From Vulcanimicrobiota bacterium (GTDB lineage Bacteria > Vulcanimicrobiota > Vulcanimicrobiia > Vulcanimicrobiales > Vulcanimicrobiaceae): a stretch of 64,000 nucleotides of DNA. The stretch is taken from the NCBI GenBank assembly GCA_963723515.1, contig CAVRQT010000002.1, positions 416,001-480,000 of the forward strand. Reading direction: 5' to 3'. The notes beneath the pieces were generated by a model that was given only the letters and a program-made list of their open reading frames with translations, was not told the DNA's origin and ran no database searches. Shown piece after piece: positions 23,420 to 34,547 of the stretch. Made by a program: the position numbers and the translations under genes. Within the stretch, counting starts at the first letter, position 1. Each line of letters starts with the position of its first letter.

Positions 23420-24060
23420 AAATTCTCGCAGTTGACGGAGCGTTCGGCGCGTTCGCATGCGCAATCAGCATCGATGGCAAAGTCGTCGCGCATGAACGCG
23501 TGGAAGGCGGCGCGACGCTCGAGCGCGGACTCGAAGCTGTGCACCGCGCGCTGAGTGATGCGGGTGCCGGCGGCTGCGACCTCGCGCGCATTGCGGTTTG
23601 CACGGGCCCCGGAAGTTTCACCGGCTTACGCATCGCGATCAGTTTCGCGAAATCGCTCGCGCAAGGGTGGCGCAAACCGCTCGTCGGCGTCAATGCATTT
23701 GACGTGCTCGAGCTCGGCGTAAGCGCCATGCCGCGAGTCGCGATTGTCTGCGCACGCGAAGGGATCATTTCGACGCGCTTGACCGTATCGGATGGGCAAT
23801 TGCGGCAATCGGGAGCGACGCCGTCGGTTTGCAGATGGATTTCCGAGTGTTCGCCGGACGACAAATTGACCGCGATCGGTGCGCCGAAGGACGTGCTCGC
23901 TGCGCTTGGCGAACGCGGCAAGCTCGTGCAGAACTTGCAGCCTCCTTCGCCCGCGCTCGCAGTCGCGCAGCTTGCGCGAACGCGCGATCCCGCACGCAGC
24001 ATCCATGAAGTGCGGCCCGACTACGGCGAGATACCGCCGGTGCGTCCTGCGGCCGAATGA
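23416..24060 (+). CDS. tsaB: tRNA t6A biosynthesis protein TsaB
   Basis: GPGSFTGLRI; follows tsaE. Confidence 0.9.
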   Translation: MKILAVDGAFGAFACAISIDGKVVAHERVEGGATLERGLEAVHRALSDAGAGGCDLARIAVCTGPGSFTGLRIAISFAKSLAQGWRKPLVGVNAFDVLELGVSAMPRVAIVCAREGIISTRLTVSDGQLRQSGATPSVCRWISECSPDDKLTAIGAPKDVLAALGERGKLVQNLQPPSPALAVAQLARTRDPARSIHEVRPDYGEIPPVRPAAE

Positions 24061-24596
24061 AACTCGACCTCGCTCCCCGTCCTGCGCAGCCGCCTGAACG
24101 GCTCGAGATCGAGAAAATGGTTCTCGAAGATATTTCGGACGTGATGCGGATTGAGACGCTTTGCTTCCCCACGACGTGGCCGCAGAATGCGTTTTACAAT
24201 GAGGTCGAAGAGAACAAATTAGCGCACTATTTTGTCGGCCGTCTCGGCGATCGAATCGTCGCCTATGGCGGGGTCTGGGTGATTCTCGAAGATTCGCACA
24301 TCACGACGATCGCGGTTCATCCCGAATTTCGTGGACGCAAGTACGGCGAGCAGTTGTTCTTGCGTCTCCTCGACGAAGCGATCGAGCGCGGCGCATCTTG
24401 GATCACGCTTGAAGTGCGCGAATCGAACACCGTCGCGCAAAGCCTCTATCGCAAGTACGGCTTCACCGTGGTGTCGAGTCGCCACGGATACTATAGCGAC
24501 AATCGAGAAAACGCACTTGTGATGTGGGCCGGCAACGTCAAAGGACCGCTCTATCTCAACCGATTGCGCGCGTTGCGCACGGCCGCCCCGCAATGA
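24057..24596 (+). CDS. rimI: Ribosomal protein N-acetyltransferase RimI
   Basis: HITTIAVHP, LEVRESN, YYSDNRENALVM. Confidence 0.9.
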   Translation: MKLDLAPRPAQPPERLEIEKMVLEDISDVMRIETLCFPTTWPQNAFYNEVEENKLAHYFVGRLGDRIVAYGGVWVILEDSHITTIAVHPEFRGRKYGEQLFLRLLDEAIERGASWITLEVRESNTVAQSLYRKYGFTVVSSRHGYYSDNRENALVMWAGNVKGPLYLNRLRALRTAAPQ

Positions 24597-25408
24597 TCGG
24601 AACACCGCTCGTTTTGGCCGTCGCCGCGACGGTCAGCTCACCTCAGCCCAAAGAGCCCTTCGCGTACAACCGGTTGCGACTGGGCGAGTCGGTTACGACG
24701 ATGATCGCCGATGAGGGGCCGCCCAGCGTGCTTTCAACCGATGTCGGACACGTCTGGACTTGGGAGAAGGGCGGCGATCGCATCCGGTTGACCACGGATG
24801 ACGACGGCGTTGTGCGCATGATCGATATCTCGCCCGCACCGAACAACCACCTGGCTTTGAAACTGCCGGCGATTCCCGCGCGAACCGTTCGTTTCGGCAT
24901 GCTGACATCGGATGTCGCCGATGCGCAACTCGGTAAGGCAGCCGGTTTCAAAGGCTTAGGCAATTTTCCCGATAGCAGCAATCGCGCGGATTTTCGGGCG
25001 TATGCGCTGAGCCCGACTCAGTGGGCGGTGCTGCTCTTCGACGACGGGACGAAACGGTTAGCCGAGCTATTTTACGGTGATCGCAGTTTTTTGGCGCGCA
25101 GCGGCTTGCTGCCGGGCGCGCCGGAGAGCACTGCACCGCACTACAGCGCGCCGGTCTTACAGCATGAAGGGAACGCGGACTATCCGCCCACGATCAAGGA
25201 AGGCGATGCGTTTTTGCGCGTCTCCGTGGATAAGGACGGCACCGTTTCACATGCGGAGATCTTCGTAACCAGCGGCGATCCGCAACTCGATCGCGCAGCT
25301 GTCGTATCAGCAAAACACGATGTCTTTACGCCCGCGAACCTTGAGGGCTCCCCCATCGACGCAATCGTTTTCGTGCGAGAAGAATTTCGCCAATTACCGA
25401 CACACTGA
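24593..25408 (+). CDS. Exported protein with TonB C-terminal domain
   Basis: YP..EGDAFLRVSVDKDG..SGDPQLDRAA..FTPA; ATGA overlap with rimI. Confidence 0.7.
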   Translation: MIGTPLVLAVAATVSSPQPKEPFAYNRLRLGESVTTMIADEGPPSVLSTDVGHVWTWEKGGDRIRLTTDDDGVVRMIDISPAPNNHLALKLPAIPARTVRFGMLTSDVADAQLGKAAGFKGLGNFPDSSNRADFRAYALSPTQWAVLLFDDGTKRLAELFYGDRSFLARSGLLPGAPESTAPHYSAPVLQHEGNADYPPTIKEGDAFLRVSVDKDGTVSHAEIFVTSGDPQLDRAAVVSAKHDVFTPANLEGSPIDAIVFVREEFRQLPTH

Positions 25409-26004
25409 GCTTTGCTGAGCTGAGCCGCCGCGTTCGGCAGCATCTGAGCCAAGAGCATCGTTACGCGCACAGCGTGCGCGTGGCGCGATTTGCTGAAAAA
25501 CTCGCGTACCGGCACGGCGAATCGCCACGCCGTGCGCGGCTCGCCGGGATGTTGCACGATCTGGCCCGACTCTATCCGCCAGAACGGCTGCTCGCCGAAT
25601 GCGAGCAACGCGGCATGACGATCGATGCGCACGAACGTGAACATCCCACCGTCTTGCATGCGCGGCTTGGCGCCGAATTGGCCAAATCAATGTTCGGCGT
25701 TGAGGACGCGGCGGTGCTTTCAGCAATTCGCAAGCACACGGTCGGGGACGCCGCGATGTCGCGGCTAGACTGCATCCTCTACGTTGCCGATACCGCCGAA
25801 CCAGGACGCACATTTGCCGAGCGTGCATCCCTGGCATCCCTCGCGATGCGGGACTTGACCGAAGCGACACGTGTCGCGCTCTCGCTTTCGATGGAACATT
25901 TTCGAGAAAAAGGGCTCGAACCGGCACCCCAAACACTTGCGGCGCTGCGCGCTTTGCGCGTCACCGATTCTACGACGGACGCACTCTCTGGCCGATCTGC
26001 TTGA
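25405..26004 (+). CDS. yqeK: HD-domain Ap4A hydrolase YqeK
   Basis: RYAHSVRVA, LHDLAR, LHARLGA, AIRKHT, YVADTAEPGR; probable CTG start overlapping the upstream TGA. Confidence 0.88.
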   Translation: MSFAELSRRVRQHLSQEHRYAHSVRVARFAEKLAYRHGESPRRARLAGMLHDLARLYPPERLLAECEQRGMTIDAHEREHPTVLHARLGAELAKSMFGVEDAAVLSAIRKHTVGDAAMSRLDCILYVADTAEPGRTFAERASLASLAMRDLTEATRVALSLSMEHFREKGLEPAPQTLAALRALRVTDSTTDALSGRSA

Positions 26005-26326
26005 AACGGTGCGCCAAGCGGCGCTCGATAAGAAGGCCGAGGACGTTCAGACGATCGATTTGATCGGTAAGAGCATTCTCGCCGACACGTTCGTGATTGC
26101 GACGGGTCGCTCCAAGATCCAGACGCGCTCGATCGCCGACGCTATTGCGTTGGCGCTGCGAGAGCGAGGCTTTGGTGCAACTCGAATCGAGGGATATGCC
26201 GACGGCGGATGGATTCTGCTCGATGCGGGCAGCGTGATCGTGCATGTCTTTACACCGGAGGAGCGACGCTTCTACAACCTCGAGCGGCTGTGGGGCACTC
26301 CGGCACAGCGGATTGCGCAAGGCTGA
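25988..26326 (+). CDS. rsfS: Ribosome silencing factor RsfS
   Basis: ALDKKAEDV, WILLDAGSVIVHVF, FYNLERLW; start uncertain (CTG 25988 or GTG 26009). Confidence 0.92.
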   Translation: MADLLETVRQAALDKKAEDVQTIDLIGKSILADTFVIATGRSKIQTRSIADAIALALRERGFGATRIEGYADGGWILLDAGSVIVHVFTPEERRFYNLERLWGTPAQRIAQG

Positions 26327-26478
26327 TGAGCAAGAGGCGCAAGACGATGTACCAGCCGCGTTCGGCACGGATGCGGCGACAAGCACTGCTCAAAGCCGGC
26401 GTTTGGGTGTTTTTGGTGCTCTTCATCTTCAGCATCGTCGGCATCGCGCTGGTCGTCGTGCAGAGCACGAGCCGCTAG
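26326..26478 (+). CDS. Small basic single-TM protein (DUF4044-like architecture)
   Basis: TGATG overlap with rsfS; MSKRRK...GVWVFLVLFIFSIVGIALVVV. Confidence 0.6.
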   Translation: MSKRRKTMYQPRSARMRRQALLKAGVWVFLVLFIFSIVGIALVVVQSTSR

Positions 26479-26500
26479 AAACCTTGTGCTGCCTCGGGGG

Positions 26501-26515
26501 TACTATAACACCATG
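26501..26515 (+). promoter_or_regulatory. Putative leaderless promoter (TACTAT-N6-ATG)
   Basis: TANNNT box exactly 6 nt before ATG 26513. Confidence 0.5.
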
Positions 26516-27503
26516 AAATACTTCGGCACGTTTCTCATCACGATCGCGACTTTGGCAATCTTAGCGGTCCCCGCGCTTGCACGCAGCAGTTTCGTGCTCG
26601 ACGGCGCCGGCATGTTCAGCGCGTCAACCGTTTCCGATTTAAATACGCGGTTAACGAACTTCAACGCGCAGACGCATAAAGAAGTCTTGGTCGAAACGGT
26701 ACCCTCGTTAAACGGGTCGGCATTGACCGATGCCGCGCAGCGTGAATTCGCGCAGCAGCAAGTCAATGGCATCCTGATCTTCATCGCCAAGGATGACCGT
26801 CGGGACATCATTGTCCCGGATCGCGCCGGAGTGCAGGCAGGCTGGTTCGATGCGGAAACGCTGCGCTCGATCCGGCAAAGCATGGAATCCCAATTTAAAG
26901 ACGGCGACTTCGATGGCGGAATCACGACGGCGGTTAGCGGCGTGCTCGGGATCTACCGTTCGCATATGAGTTCCCTCAGCGGCGCGAATGGCGCCGCTTT
27001 GCCCGCGACGCGCTCGTACAACGGGAACACCTCAGCGGCTCCGGCGTTTCGTTTGAACGGCTTTTGGCTGGTGATCATTTTGATCGCCGCGTTCTTGGTG
27101 CTGCGCTCGATCATGCGCGCGATGTCCGCGCCGCGTTACGTCGGCACGCCGGGCAAACCCGGTGCTCCCGCCGCGCCTGGCGCGGCGCCCGGATACGGTC
27201 CCGGCTACTACGGCGGCGGAGGCGGCGGTTTTTGGAGCGGTTTGCTTGGCGGCCTCGGCGGCGCGTGGCTTGGTAACGAGATGTTCCGCGGCGGCGGAGG
27301 CGGCGCGCGGCGGCGGCGCAAGCGCCGGAGGCTGGGGCAGTGGAGATGCCGGCGGTGGCGGCGGAGGCGATGCCGGCGGGTGGTCTTCGGACGCGGGTCA
27401 AGCCGACGTCGGCGGCTCCAGCGGCGGTGATTGGAGCGGCGGCGGCTTCGGTGGCGGCGACGGCGGAGGCGGCGGAGGCGGTGATTCGGGCGGCGGCTGG
27501 TAG
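26513..27503 (+). CDS. TPM-domain membrane protein with Gly-rich tail; frameshift near 27305
   Basis: FVLDGAGMFS, NGILIFIAKDDR, FKDGDFDGGI, TM helix, terminal GGGFGGG..SGGGW in the shifted frame. Confidence 0.85.
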
Positions 27504-27536
27504 TTAATAGCAGCCGTTAATCGAAAAGCGGCGAGA

Positions 27537-30500
27537 ATGCGCAGATTGCTCGCCGTTTTTCTTTTTGCGGCTTTTCAGCTTGCGACGTCGCCATCGATTG
27601 CGTTCGCCGCAACTGTGCAAACCTCGATGTATTCGGGTTTGCATTGGCGCCTCGTGGGGCCGTTTCGCGGCGGCCGCGTACTCGCCGTAACCGGAGTTGC
27701 CGGGAACCCGGCGGTCTTTTATTTTGGTGCGGTCGGCGGCGGCGTTTGGAAGACGACGGACGCGGGACGGACGTGGACGCCGATTTTCGATTCACAGCCG
27801 GTCGCGTCAATTGGTGCGATCGCCGTGGCGCCTTCACAACCAAACGTCATCTACGTCGGCTCAGGTGAGGCCGACATGCGATCCGACATCATTCACGGCA
27901 ACGGCATGTATCGCTCCGACGATGGCGGCATGACATGGTCGCACATCGGCTTGTCCGATACGCGGCAGATCGGACGCATCGCCGTCGACACTCACGATCC
28001 AAATCGTGTCTTCGTGGCAGCACTCGGTCATGCGTATGCACCAAACGCCGAACGCGGCGTCTTTCGTTCGCTGGACGGCGGCCGGACATGGAGCAAAGTA
28101 CTCTACCAGAATCCGGACACCGGCGCAATCGACATCGCGATTGATCCCACAAATAGCAACGTCATTTATGCGTCACTCTGGCAAACGCGGCGACCGCCCT
28201 GGAACATCTATCCGCCCTCGAACGGACCGGCGAGCGGACTCTTCAAGAGCACCGACGGTGGAACCACGTGGCAACAGCTGCGTGAGGGTCTTCCGCAAAC
28301 CGGTGTCGGCCATATCGGGATTTCAATCGCGCGCAGCGATTCGCGCCGCGTCTATGCAATCGTCGACGCTTTACACGGCGGAGTCTACCGTTCCGACGAT
28401 CGCGGCGCGCATTGGTCGCTCGTCGACGGTGAACAGCGCATCTGGAAACGCGGCTGGTATTTTTCCAAAGTCACTGCGGATCCGCACGACCGCGACACAG
28501 TGTACGTCTCAAATACATCGCTCTACCGTTCAACCGACGCCGGCCACAGCTTCACCGCCATTAAAGGCGCGCCTGGAGGCGACGATTATCACATGCTGTG
28601 GATCGATCCAACCGATTCGAACCGGATGATCCTCGGGAGCGATCAAGGCGCGATCGTATCGCTCAACGGGGCAAAGACGTGGAGCTCCTGGTATAACCAA
28701 CCGACCGGCCAGTTTTACCATGTCGCGACGGACCACCGATTCCCGTATTGGATTTACGGTGCGCAGCAAGATAGCGGCGCGCTCGCGACGCCGTCACGCA
28801 GCAACCACCGGCAGATTTCGTTTCGAGATTGGCAACCGATAGCGGCGGGCGGTGAAAGTGGCTACATCGCGATCGATCCCCATGATTCACGAATGGTCTA
28901 CGGGGGAACGGTCGACAAGTTCGACTGGGTGACCGGACAAGATCAAGACCTCTCGCCCGAGCTTGCGTATCCGAACGTCTACCGTCACACGTGGACATTG
29001 CCCGTAACCTTTTCTCCGCGCTCACGCGCGCTGTACTACAGCACGCAGGTGCTCTTTCGGAGCGCCGACCGAGGTCACAGTTGGCGAATCATCAGTCCGG
29101 ATTTGAGCCGGCCGAATGGCGGCACGCCTTCGACGCTCGACGCAACGACTGCGCGAGACAAGCATGGCGGAAACCGGCAAGGAGTTATTTACTCCGTTGC
29201 GCCGTCGCCGCTGCGCAATGGTTTGATCTGGGCCGGTACCGACGACGGCCTCATTTGGATCACGCGCAATGAAGGCCGCGCGTGGCGCAATGTTACGCCG
29301 CCGGGGTTATCCGCGTGGAGCAAGGTCGGAAACATCGATGCCTCGGCGCACGATGCAGCGTCGGCATATGCATCGGTCGATCGTCACCGCCTCGACGATG
29401 ACCGGCCGTACATCTATCGGACGCACAACGGCGGCGCGTCGTGGACGCTGATCACGAGCGGCATTCCCGACGGCAGTTTCGTCAACGTCGTCAGGGAAGA
29501 TCCAGTACAGCGCGGCTTGCTCTTTGCCGGCACGGAAACCGGGGTCTTCGTTTCGTTCGACGACGGCGCAAATTGGTCGCCGTTGCAAACAGAGTTGCCT
29601 GTCGTATCGGTCCGCGATCTTGCAATTACGCAAGGCGACCTCGTTGCAGCCACGCATGGGCGCGGTTTTTACGTGCTCGATACGATCGCGCCGCTGCGGC
29701 AACTCGCCGCGCATCCGATCGTTGGGCCGCGGCTGTTTTCACCGGCAACGGCCATTCGCGTGCGCGGCGGCGACGATCAAGGAACGCCTCTGCCGCTTGA
29801 TTCACCGACCGCGGAAAACCCGCCGGCCGGCGCTGCGATCGACTACTACCTCACGAATAGTGCACGGACGCCGTTGACGTTGCAAATCATCGACGCTGCG
29901 GGACGCGTCGTGCGCCGATTTTCAAGCGCCGATCACCCCAAAGCGATCGATCCGAAATCGCTGGACATTCCAGCGATTTGGCGTCACGCACAGCCGGTTC
30001 CATCCGCGGAGCCGGGAATGCACCGCTTCATTTGGGACTTTCGGTACGCGCCATCGGAGGCAACCTCTGAAGGTCTCCTGGCGCCGCCTGGACGCTATCG
30101 GGTGCTGATGTTGGTCGACGGCACGCCTCAAGAGCGATCGTTTCTCGTGCGCAAAGATCCGCGCGTTAACGCGAGCAACGCAGACCTTCTCGCGCAGTTC
30201 GCCTTTGCGCGAGAAGCTGAGCGGCTGCAAATGCAAGCCTCGGCTGCCTATCATGACGCAGACGTCGCACGAAAGGGCATCAAGGATGCAAACGTTCTGG
30301 CCGGCCTCAACTCTGTTGCCGGCTCGCCTCCCCCATCAAGCCCCGATGATTCCGTCGGCGCTCCGGAAACGAACTTGCATTCATTGCACTATCTCTCCGA
30401 GGCGCTCGGACACGTGAAGGATGCCGCCGAAAGCGCGGACGCCGCACCGACTGCCCATATGCGTCTTGCGCTGCGCGTTTATTCCGCCCGATTACGGCAG

Positions 30501-30551
30501 GCGCTGCAGCAGTGGAACGCGCTCCAAGCGCAAGTGCGCGCTTCACATTAG
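27537..30551 (+). CDS. Secreted VPS10/BNR (Asp-box) repeat beta-propeller protein, glycosyl-hydrolase-like
   Basis: WRLVGPFRGGR, many S.D.G.TW Asp-boxes, ATHGRG. Confidence 0.85.
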   Translation: MRRLLAVFLFAAFQLATSPSIAFAATVQTSMYSGLHWRLVGPFRGGRVLAVTGVAGNPAVFYFGAVGGGVWKTTDAGRTWTPIFDSQPVASIGAIAVAPSQPNVIYVGSGEADMRSDIIHGNGMYRSDDGGMTWSHIGLSDTRQIGRIAVDTHDPNRVFVAALGHAYAPNAERGVFRSLDGGRTWSKVLYQNPDTGAIDIAIDPTNSNVIYASLWQTRRPPWNIYPPSNGPASGLFKSTDGGTTWQQLREGLPQTGVGHIGISIARSDSRRVYAIVDALHGGVYRSDDRGAHWSLVDGEQRIWKRGWYFSKVTADPHDRDTVYVSNTSLYRSTDAGHSFTAIKGAPGGDDYHMLWIDPTDSNRMILGSDQGAIVSLNGAKTWSSWYNQPTGQFYHVATDHRFPYWIYGAQQDSGALATPSRSNHRQISFRDWQPIAAGGESGYIAIDPHDSRMVYGGTVDKFDWVTGQDQDLSPELAYPNVYRHTWTLPVTFSPRSRALYYSTQVLFRSADRGHSWRIISPDLSRPNGGTPSTLDATTARDKHGGNRQGVIYSVAPSPLRNGLIWAGTDDGLIWITRNEGRAWRNVTPPGLSAWSKVGNIDASAHDAASAYASVDRHRLDDDRPYIYRTHNGGASWTLITSGIPDGSFVNVVREDPVQRGLLFAGTETGVFVSFDDGANWSPLQTELPVVSVRDLAITQGDLVAATHGRGFYVLDTIAPLRQLAAHPIVGPRLFSPATAIRVRGGDDQGTPLPLDSPTAENPPAGAAIDYYLTNSARTPLTLQIIDAAGRVVRRFSSADHPKAIDPKSLDIPAIWRHAQPVPSAEPGMHRFIWDFRYAPSEATSEGLLAPPGRYRVLMLVDGTPQERSFLVRKDPRVNASNADLLAQFAFAREAERLQMQASAAYHDADVARKGIKDANVLAGLNSVAGSPPPSSPDDSVGAPETNLHSLHYLSEALGHVKDAAESADAAPTAHMRLALRVYSARLRQALQQWNALQAQVRASH

Positions 30552-30555
30552 CGGC

Positions 30556-32064
30556 TTAGATTCCGGCGGCGGCGTCGTAGAAGCGGCTTAAGTCTCCCTT
30601 CAGCTTCGCAAGCGCTTGCGTGTGCAAATAGACCATGTGACCGGACTCGTAGTAGCCGTAAGTGATATGGCTTTGCAGCGCGGGCGGCAGACTCAGATGC
30701 GAGAGCGTGTACTCCGTGCCGAAAAATGGCGTCGCAAAATCGTAGTAGCCGTTGGCTGAGAAAACGCGTAGATGGGGATTCTTCGTCATCGCCTCTTGCA
30801 GATCGTCAGCGACGTTCGTCGCCGTTGGACGGCTGCGCTCTCCACGATTCCAATTCCAGCCGCGATTGACGACGTCGTAGTGCGTCGGATAATAATGCTC
30901 GTCGGATCGGTAATGCAGTGCGTTTCGTATATAGTCATTGAACGCGCCGACAAACGCGCCGCTGACCGCGACGTCCGAGGGATCGTAATCCGGCGAATCG
31001 CCCATCACATCGAGATCGTAGCCCAAGAAGCGTGCATCGAGACGGCCGAGCGTCTGTTCCGAACCGCGCAGCAACTCTTTTTCAAAGCGCTCGGGCGGAA
31101 TACGAAGCTTCGATTCGCGGATATATGTCTCGGGCAGGCCGGTGTAGCGATGCAGCGCCGCGACGATCGCATTCTGCTCGCTCGCTGAAAGAGCATCGCC
31201 GCGCATCAGCGCGTCAGCGTACTGACCGCCCGCGAAGCGACGCACTTCGGCCAAGAACCCAGCAAGATCACCTGGGCGCTGCGGAAGCCGGTCGTGATAC
31301 CACGCCGCCGCGGCTTGCGTCGGCAAAAACGAAATGTACGGCAAGTCGTTGCCGCTCTGTGGAATCAGCGTCGCGAAGTTGAGCACCGTCGAAAGCAGCA
31401 CGACTCCGTTGAACGCCATGCCGCGGTTCTGCAAGTAGTTGACGAGATTCGCGGAGCGAGTCGTGCCGTAACTCTCGCCGAAGAGAAACTTCGGCGAATT
31501 CCAACGCCCGTTTCGCGTCACGTATCGCTCGATGAATTGGCCGAACGCGGCGACGTCTTCATCGACGCCCCAGAACATCTTTCCGCTGCCTTTGCCGGCG
31601 ACGCGACTGAAGCCGGTGCCGACCGCATCAACGAACACAAGATCCGTCTTGTCGAGCATGCTGTAAGGATTATCGCGTAAGCCGAACGGTGCGGCAGCCG
31701 CGGCTTGAGCATCCGGCGTTACGACCCGTTTGGGACCGATCGAGCCCATGTGCAGCCAGATCGTCGATGAACCGGGGCCACCGTTATAGCAGAACGTGAC
31801 CGGACGGCGATCCGTCGGTGCGCCATCCTTTGTATAAGCGACGTAAAAGACACTGGCGATCGGCTCACGACGCTCACCGCGCAGCAAAATCGTTCCTGCG
31901 GTTGCGGTATACGGGATCGTCTGTCCGTTCAGGACGATCGCATGGTGTGTTGTGACGGCGCGTTCAGGCGGCACGGGTGCGGAACGCGGCGCTGCAAGCG
32001 CGCTTGCGGCGCAAGCAAAGACGATGAGTGCAGCGAGTGCTGCGGCGTTACACGTTCGTTGCAT
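30556..32064 (-). CDS. Secreted peptidase S10 (serine carboxypeptidase)
   Basis: NGGPGSS, GTGFS, GESYGT, YYDFATP, GHMVY; signal peptide. Confidence 0.9.
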   Translation of the reverse strand: MQRTCNAAALAALIVFACAASALAAPRSAPVPPERAVTTHHAIVLNGQTIPYTATAGTILLRGERREPIASVFYVAYTKDGAPTDRRPVTFCYNGGPGSSTIWLHMGSIGPKRVVTPDAQAAAAAPFGLRDNPYSMLDKTDLVFVDAVGTGFSRVAGKGSGKMFWGVDEDVAAFGQFIERYVTRNGRWNSPKFLFGESYGTTRSANLVNYLQNRGMAFNGVVLLSTVLNFATLIPQSGNDLPYISFLPTQAAAAWYHDRLPQRPGDLAGFLAEVRRFAGGQYADALMRGDALSASEQNAIVAALHRYTGLPETYIRESKLRIPPERFEKELLRGSEQTLGRLDARFLGYDLDVMGDSPDYDPSDVAVSGAFVGAFNDYIRNALHYRSDEHYYPTHYDVVNRGWNWNRGERSRPTATNVADDLQEAMTKNPHLRVFSANGYYDFATPFFGTEYTLSHLSLPPALQSHITYGYYESGHMVYLHTQALAKLKGDLSRFYDAAAGI

Positions 32065-33830
32065 AAAGATCGGAGATTTGCGAGGCAAACCGTTGTTCCA
32101 CGACACGCCGTTTCACCTTCAGCGTCGGAGAGAGCTCACCGCCTTCAACGGAGAGCTCTTGCGGGAGCACGATGATCCAGCGAACCTGCTCGAACTCCGC
32201 CAAGTCGCCCGTGTTGCGGCGCACTTGATCGGCGAGGAAATCGTGCACATCGCCGCGGCCTGCTAAGTCAGAGGTCGACACTGACTTATCGAGGCCCAAC
32301 TCAGATCGGACGAGCTCCCAATTCGGTGCAATCAACGCCGCCGGATGCGGCCGCGATTCTCCCACGACCATCGCCTGATTGACGAAAACCGAACGCTTGA
32401 TCGCGCTTTCAACGCGCGCCGGAGCGACAAATTTTCCACCCGACGTCTTGAAGAGCTCTCTCTTTCGATCCGTTATCCGCAGATAACCGTCGGAATCAAG
32501 TTCGCCGATGTCGCCGGTGTGATACCAACCATCGCGCAATGCAGCGGCTGTTTCGGCGTCGTTCTTGTAGTAGCCGCGCATGACGTTTGGTCCGCGCACC
32601 AAGACCTCGCCATCATCCGCAATCTTCACCGTGACGCCGGGAATCGGACGGCCAACCGTGCCGTAGCGGTTGTCTTTAAGACGGTTGACCGAGATAACGG
32701 GCGAACACTCGGTCGGTCCATAACCTTCGACGATCACGATTCCCGTCGCGAGCAGCGTCATTGCGATATCGAGATGCAGCGGCGCGCTGCCGCTGACGAA
32801 AAACTTGAGCCGATCCAAGCCGAGCACGCGTCGAATTTTCTTCAGGACGAGCACGCGCGCGAACATGTATTTCAACCGCAAGGATAGCGTAGGGGGCCGT
32901 TCTTTGAGGAGAGCCAGCATATAGTCGCGTCCCGCGTTTAAGGCCCACGGTACGAGATTCGCGCGTATCCCGCCGGCACGCATTGCGTTGCCCGCGATGC
33001 CCGCTATCACACGCTCGAAAATTCGCGGTACCGCCGTCATGAGGACGGGCCGCACGGACCGCAAATCGCGCAGCAGCTCGTCCGCATGGTGGCAAACGTA
33101 GTACTTTACGCCCGCCCGTAAATACCCGTACATGATCATGTGCTCGTAGATGTGCGAAAACGGTAATACGGAAAGCACCGGCTCATCGGGCCCGATGCTT
33201 GCAAACGCGTAATCGAACGACGAGGCGATCGTGAACGTTAGGTTATGATGCGTCAGCATGACGCCTTTGGGCTGTCCGGTCGTACCTGACGTGTAGATCA
33301 GGATCGCAAGATCCTCGGGAGCAACCTGCGCTTCATCGCGCGCAACGATCTGCGAATCTCCTCGCCGCGCTTGCTCGCCGCGTCTTTCGAGCGCAGCGAG
33401 CGAATGCTCGTCATCCGCATCAAAGATGAATAGCGGCGGAAGATTTGAAAGCGAGCGCAAGCGCTCTGCCGCGCAAGGCGTATCGATCAGGATCGCTTTG
33501 GCTTCAGAGTTCTCGATGATGTATCCGACTTGATCGAGCGCTTGCGTTGGAAATATTGGAACGACGACGAGCGCGCCGAGCAGAATCCCCAGATCCGAAA
33601 CGATCCACTCCACTCGATTCGGTGAGATCAGCGCCACTCGATCGCCGCGCTGGAGTCCGAGATCGCGCAGGCCGGCGGCAAGATTTTCCACGCGCGTAAG
33701 AATCTGCTCGGTCGACCACGATTGCCAACCGTCTTCGCACCGTTCGAGCAGCGCATCGGAGTCGGCGGCGCGATAACGCGCTGCGAACTAACGCCGTCAG
33801 CGTAGCGTCGTCCCGCGTCGTGCTCTGCAT
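32048..33830 (-). CDS. Long-chain fatty acid-CoA ligase; frameshift near 33765
   Basis: YTSGTTGQPKG, EGYGPTE, HTGDIG, ITDRKRE. Confidence 0.9.
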
Positions 33831-33872
33831 CGCTTCGCCTGGCTTCGAAGGAGCGCGAAGCCGCCCTTTGGC

Positions 33873-34481
33873 TTAGCGCGTTATCCGAACGAAAGGCGTC
33901 ACGGCGTCAATCAGATGCGGCGTCATGCCGGCGACGTCAGCCAGCTCGTCCAGCGAAGCGAAGGGGCCGTTCGCTTCCCGAAAAGCGACGATGCGCCCGG
34001 CTAGCTCTTCACCAATGCCGGGAAGTTGCATCAGCGTTTGCGCGTCGGCGGCGTTAAGATCGATGGGAACAATTTCAGTCGCCGCCCCTAGCGTTCGTTT
34101 GCGCCGCCGATGGCTGCGATGATGTGCGGTACGCGAATGCCGCGCGATCCGTTCCCCAACCAGGGGCGCGGTAATCTGCTCGCCGTCCTCGAGTTGTTCC
34201 GCAAGATTCACGCCGGCCGGATCGGCTAGCATCGTCAATCCGCCCGCCGCATGAACGGCGTCGATGCCCCGTGCGCCGGATGCAAGATGGTAGAGGCCTG
34301 GCCGAGCAACAGCGCCCGCGACGTAGACGACGATTTGCGAGGCTGGCGGCTGATGCTGACGCGTCGCGAAATAGTGCGGCGCCGGATCGCTTTGCACGAT
34401 CGCATGCGGTGAGCGCGACGGATGGAAGAGCAGCGCGATAACCGCAACCGCGATGGCCGCCGCGCCGGCGTAACGTCTCAC
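33873..34481 (-). CDS. comEA: Competence DNA receptor ComEA (SLBB + HhH)
   Basis: [53 protein letters not shown]. Confidence 0.88.
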   Translation of the reverse strand: MRRYAGAAAIAVAVIALLFHPSRSPHAIVQSDPAPHYFATRQHQPPASQIVVYVAGAVARPGLYHLASGARGIDAVHAAGGLTMLADPAGVNLAEQLEDGEQITAPLVGERIARHSRTAHHRSHRRRKRTLGAATEIVPIDLNAADAQTLMQLPGIGEELAGRIVAFREANGPFASLDELADVAGMTPHLIDAVTPFVRITR

Positions 34482-34547
34482 GCGCTTTCTTTCACGGTGC
34501 GCAGTACTGATGCAAAGAGGGTTCGCTCCGGTACGTCCCGAGTTGGT

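Noticed and set aside
27200..27503. GGC-rich tandem-like repeats
   Set aside because: Coding Gly-rich tail of the TPM protein, not an array
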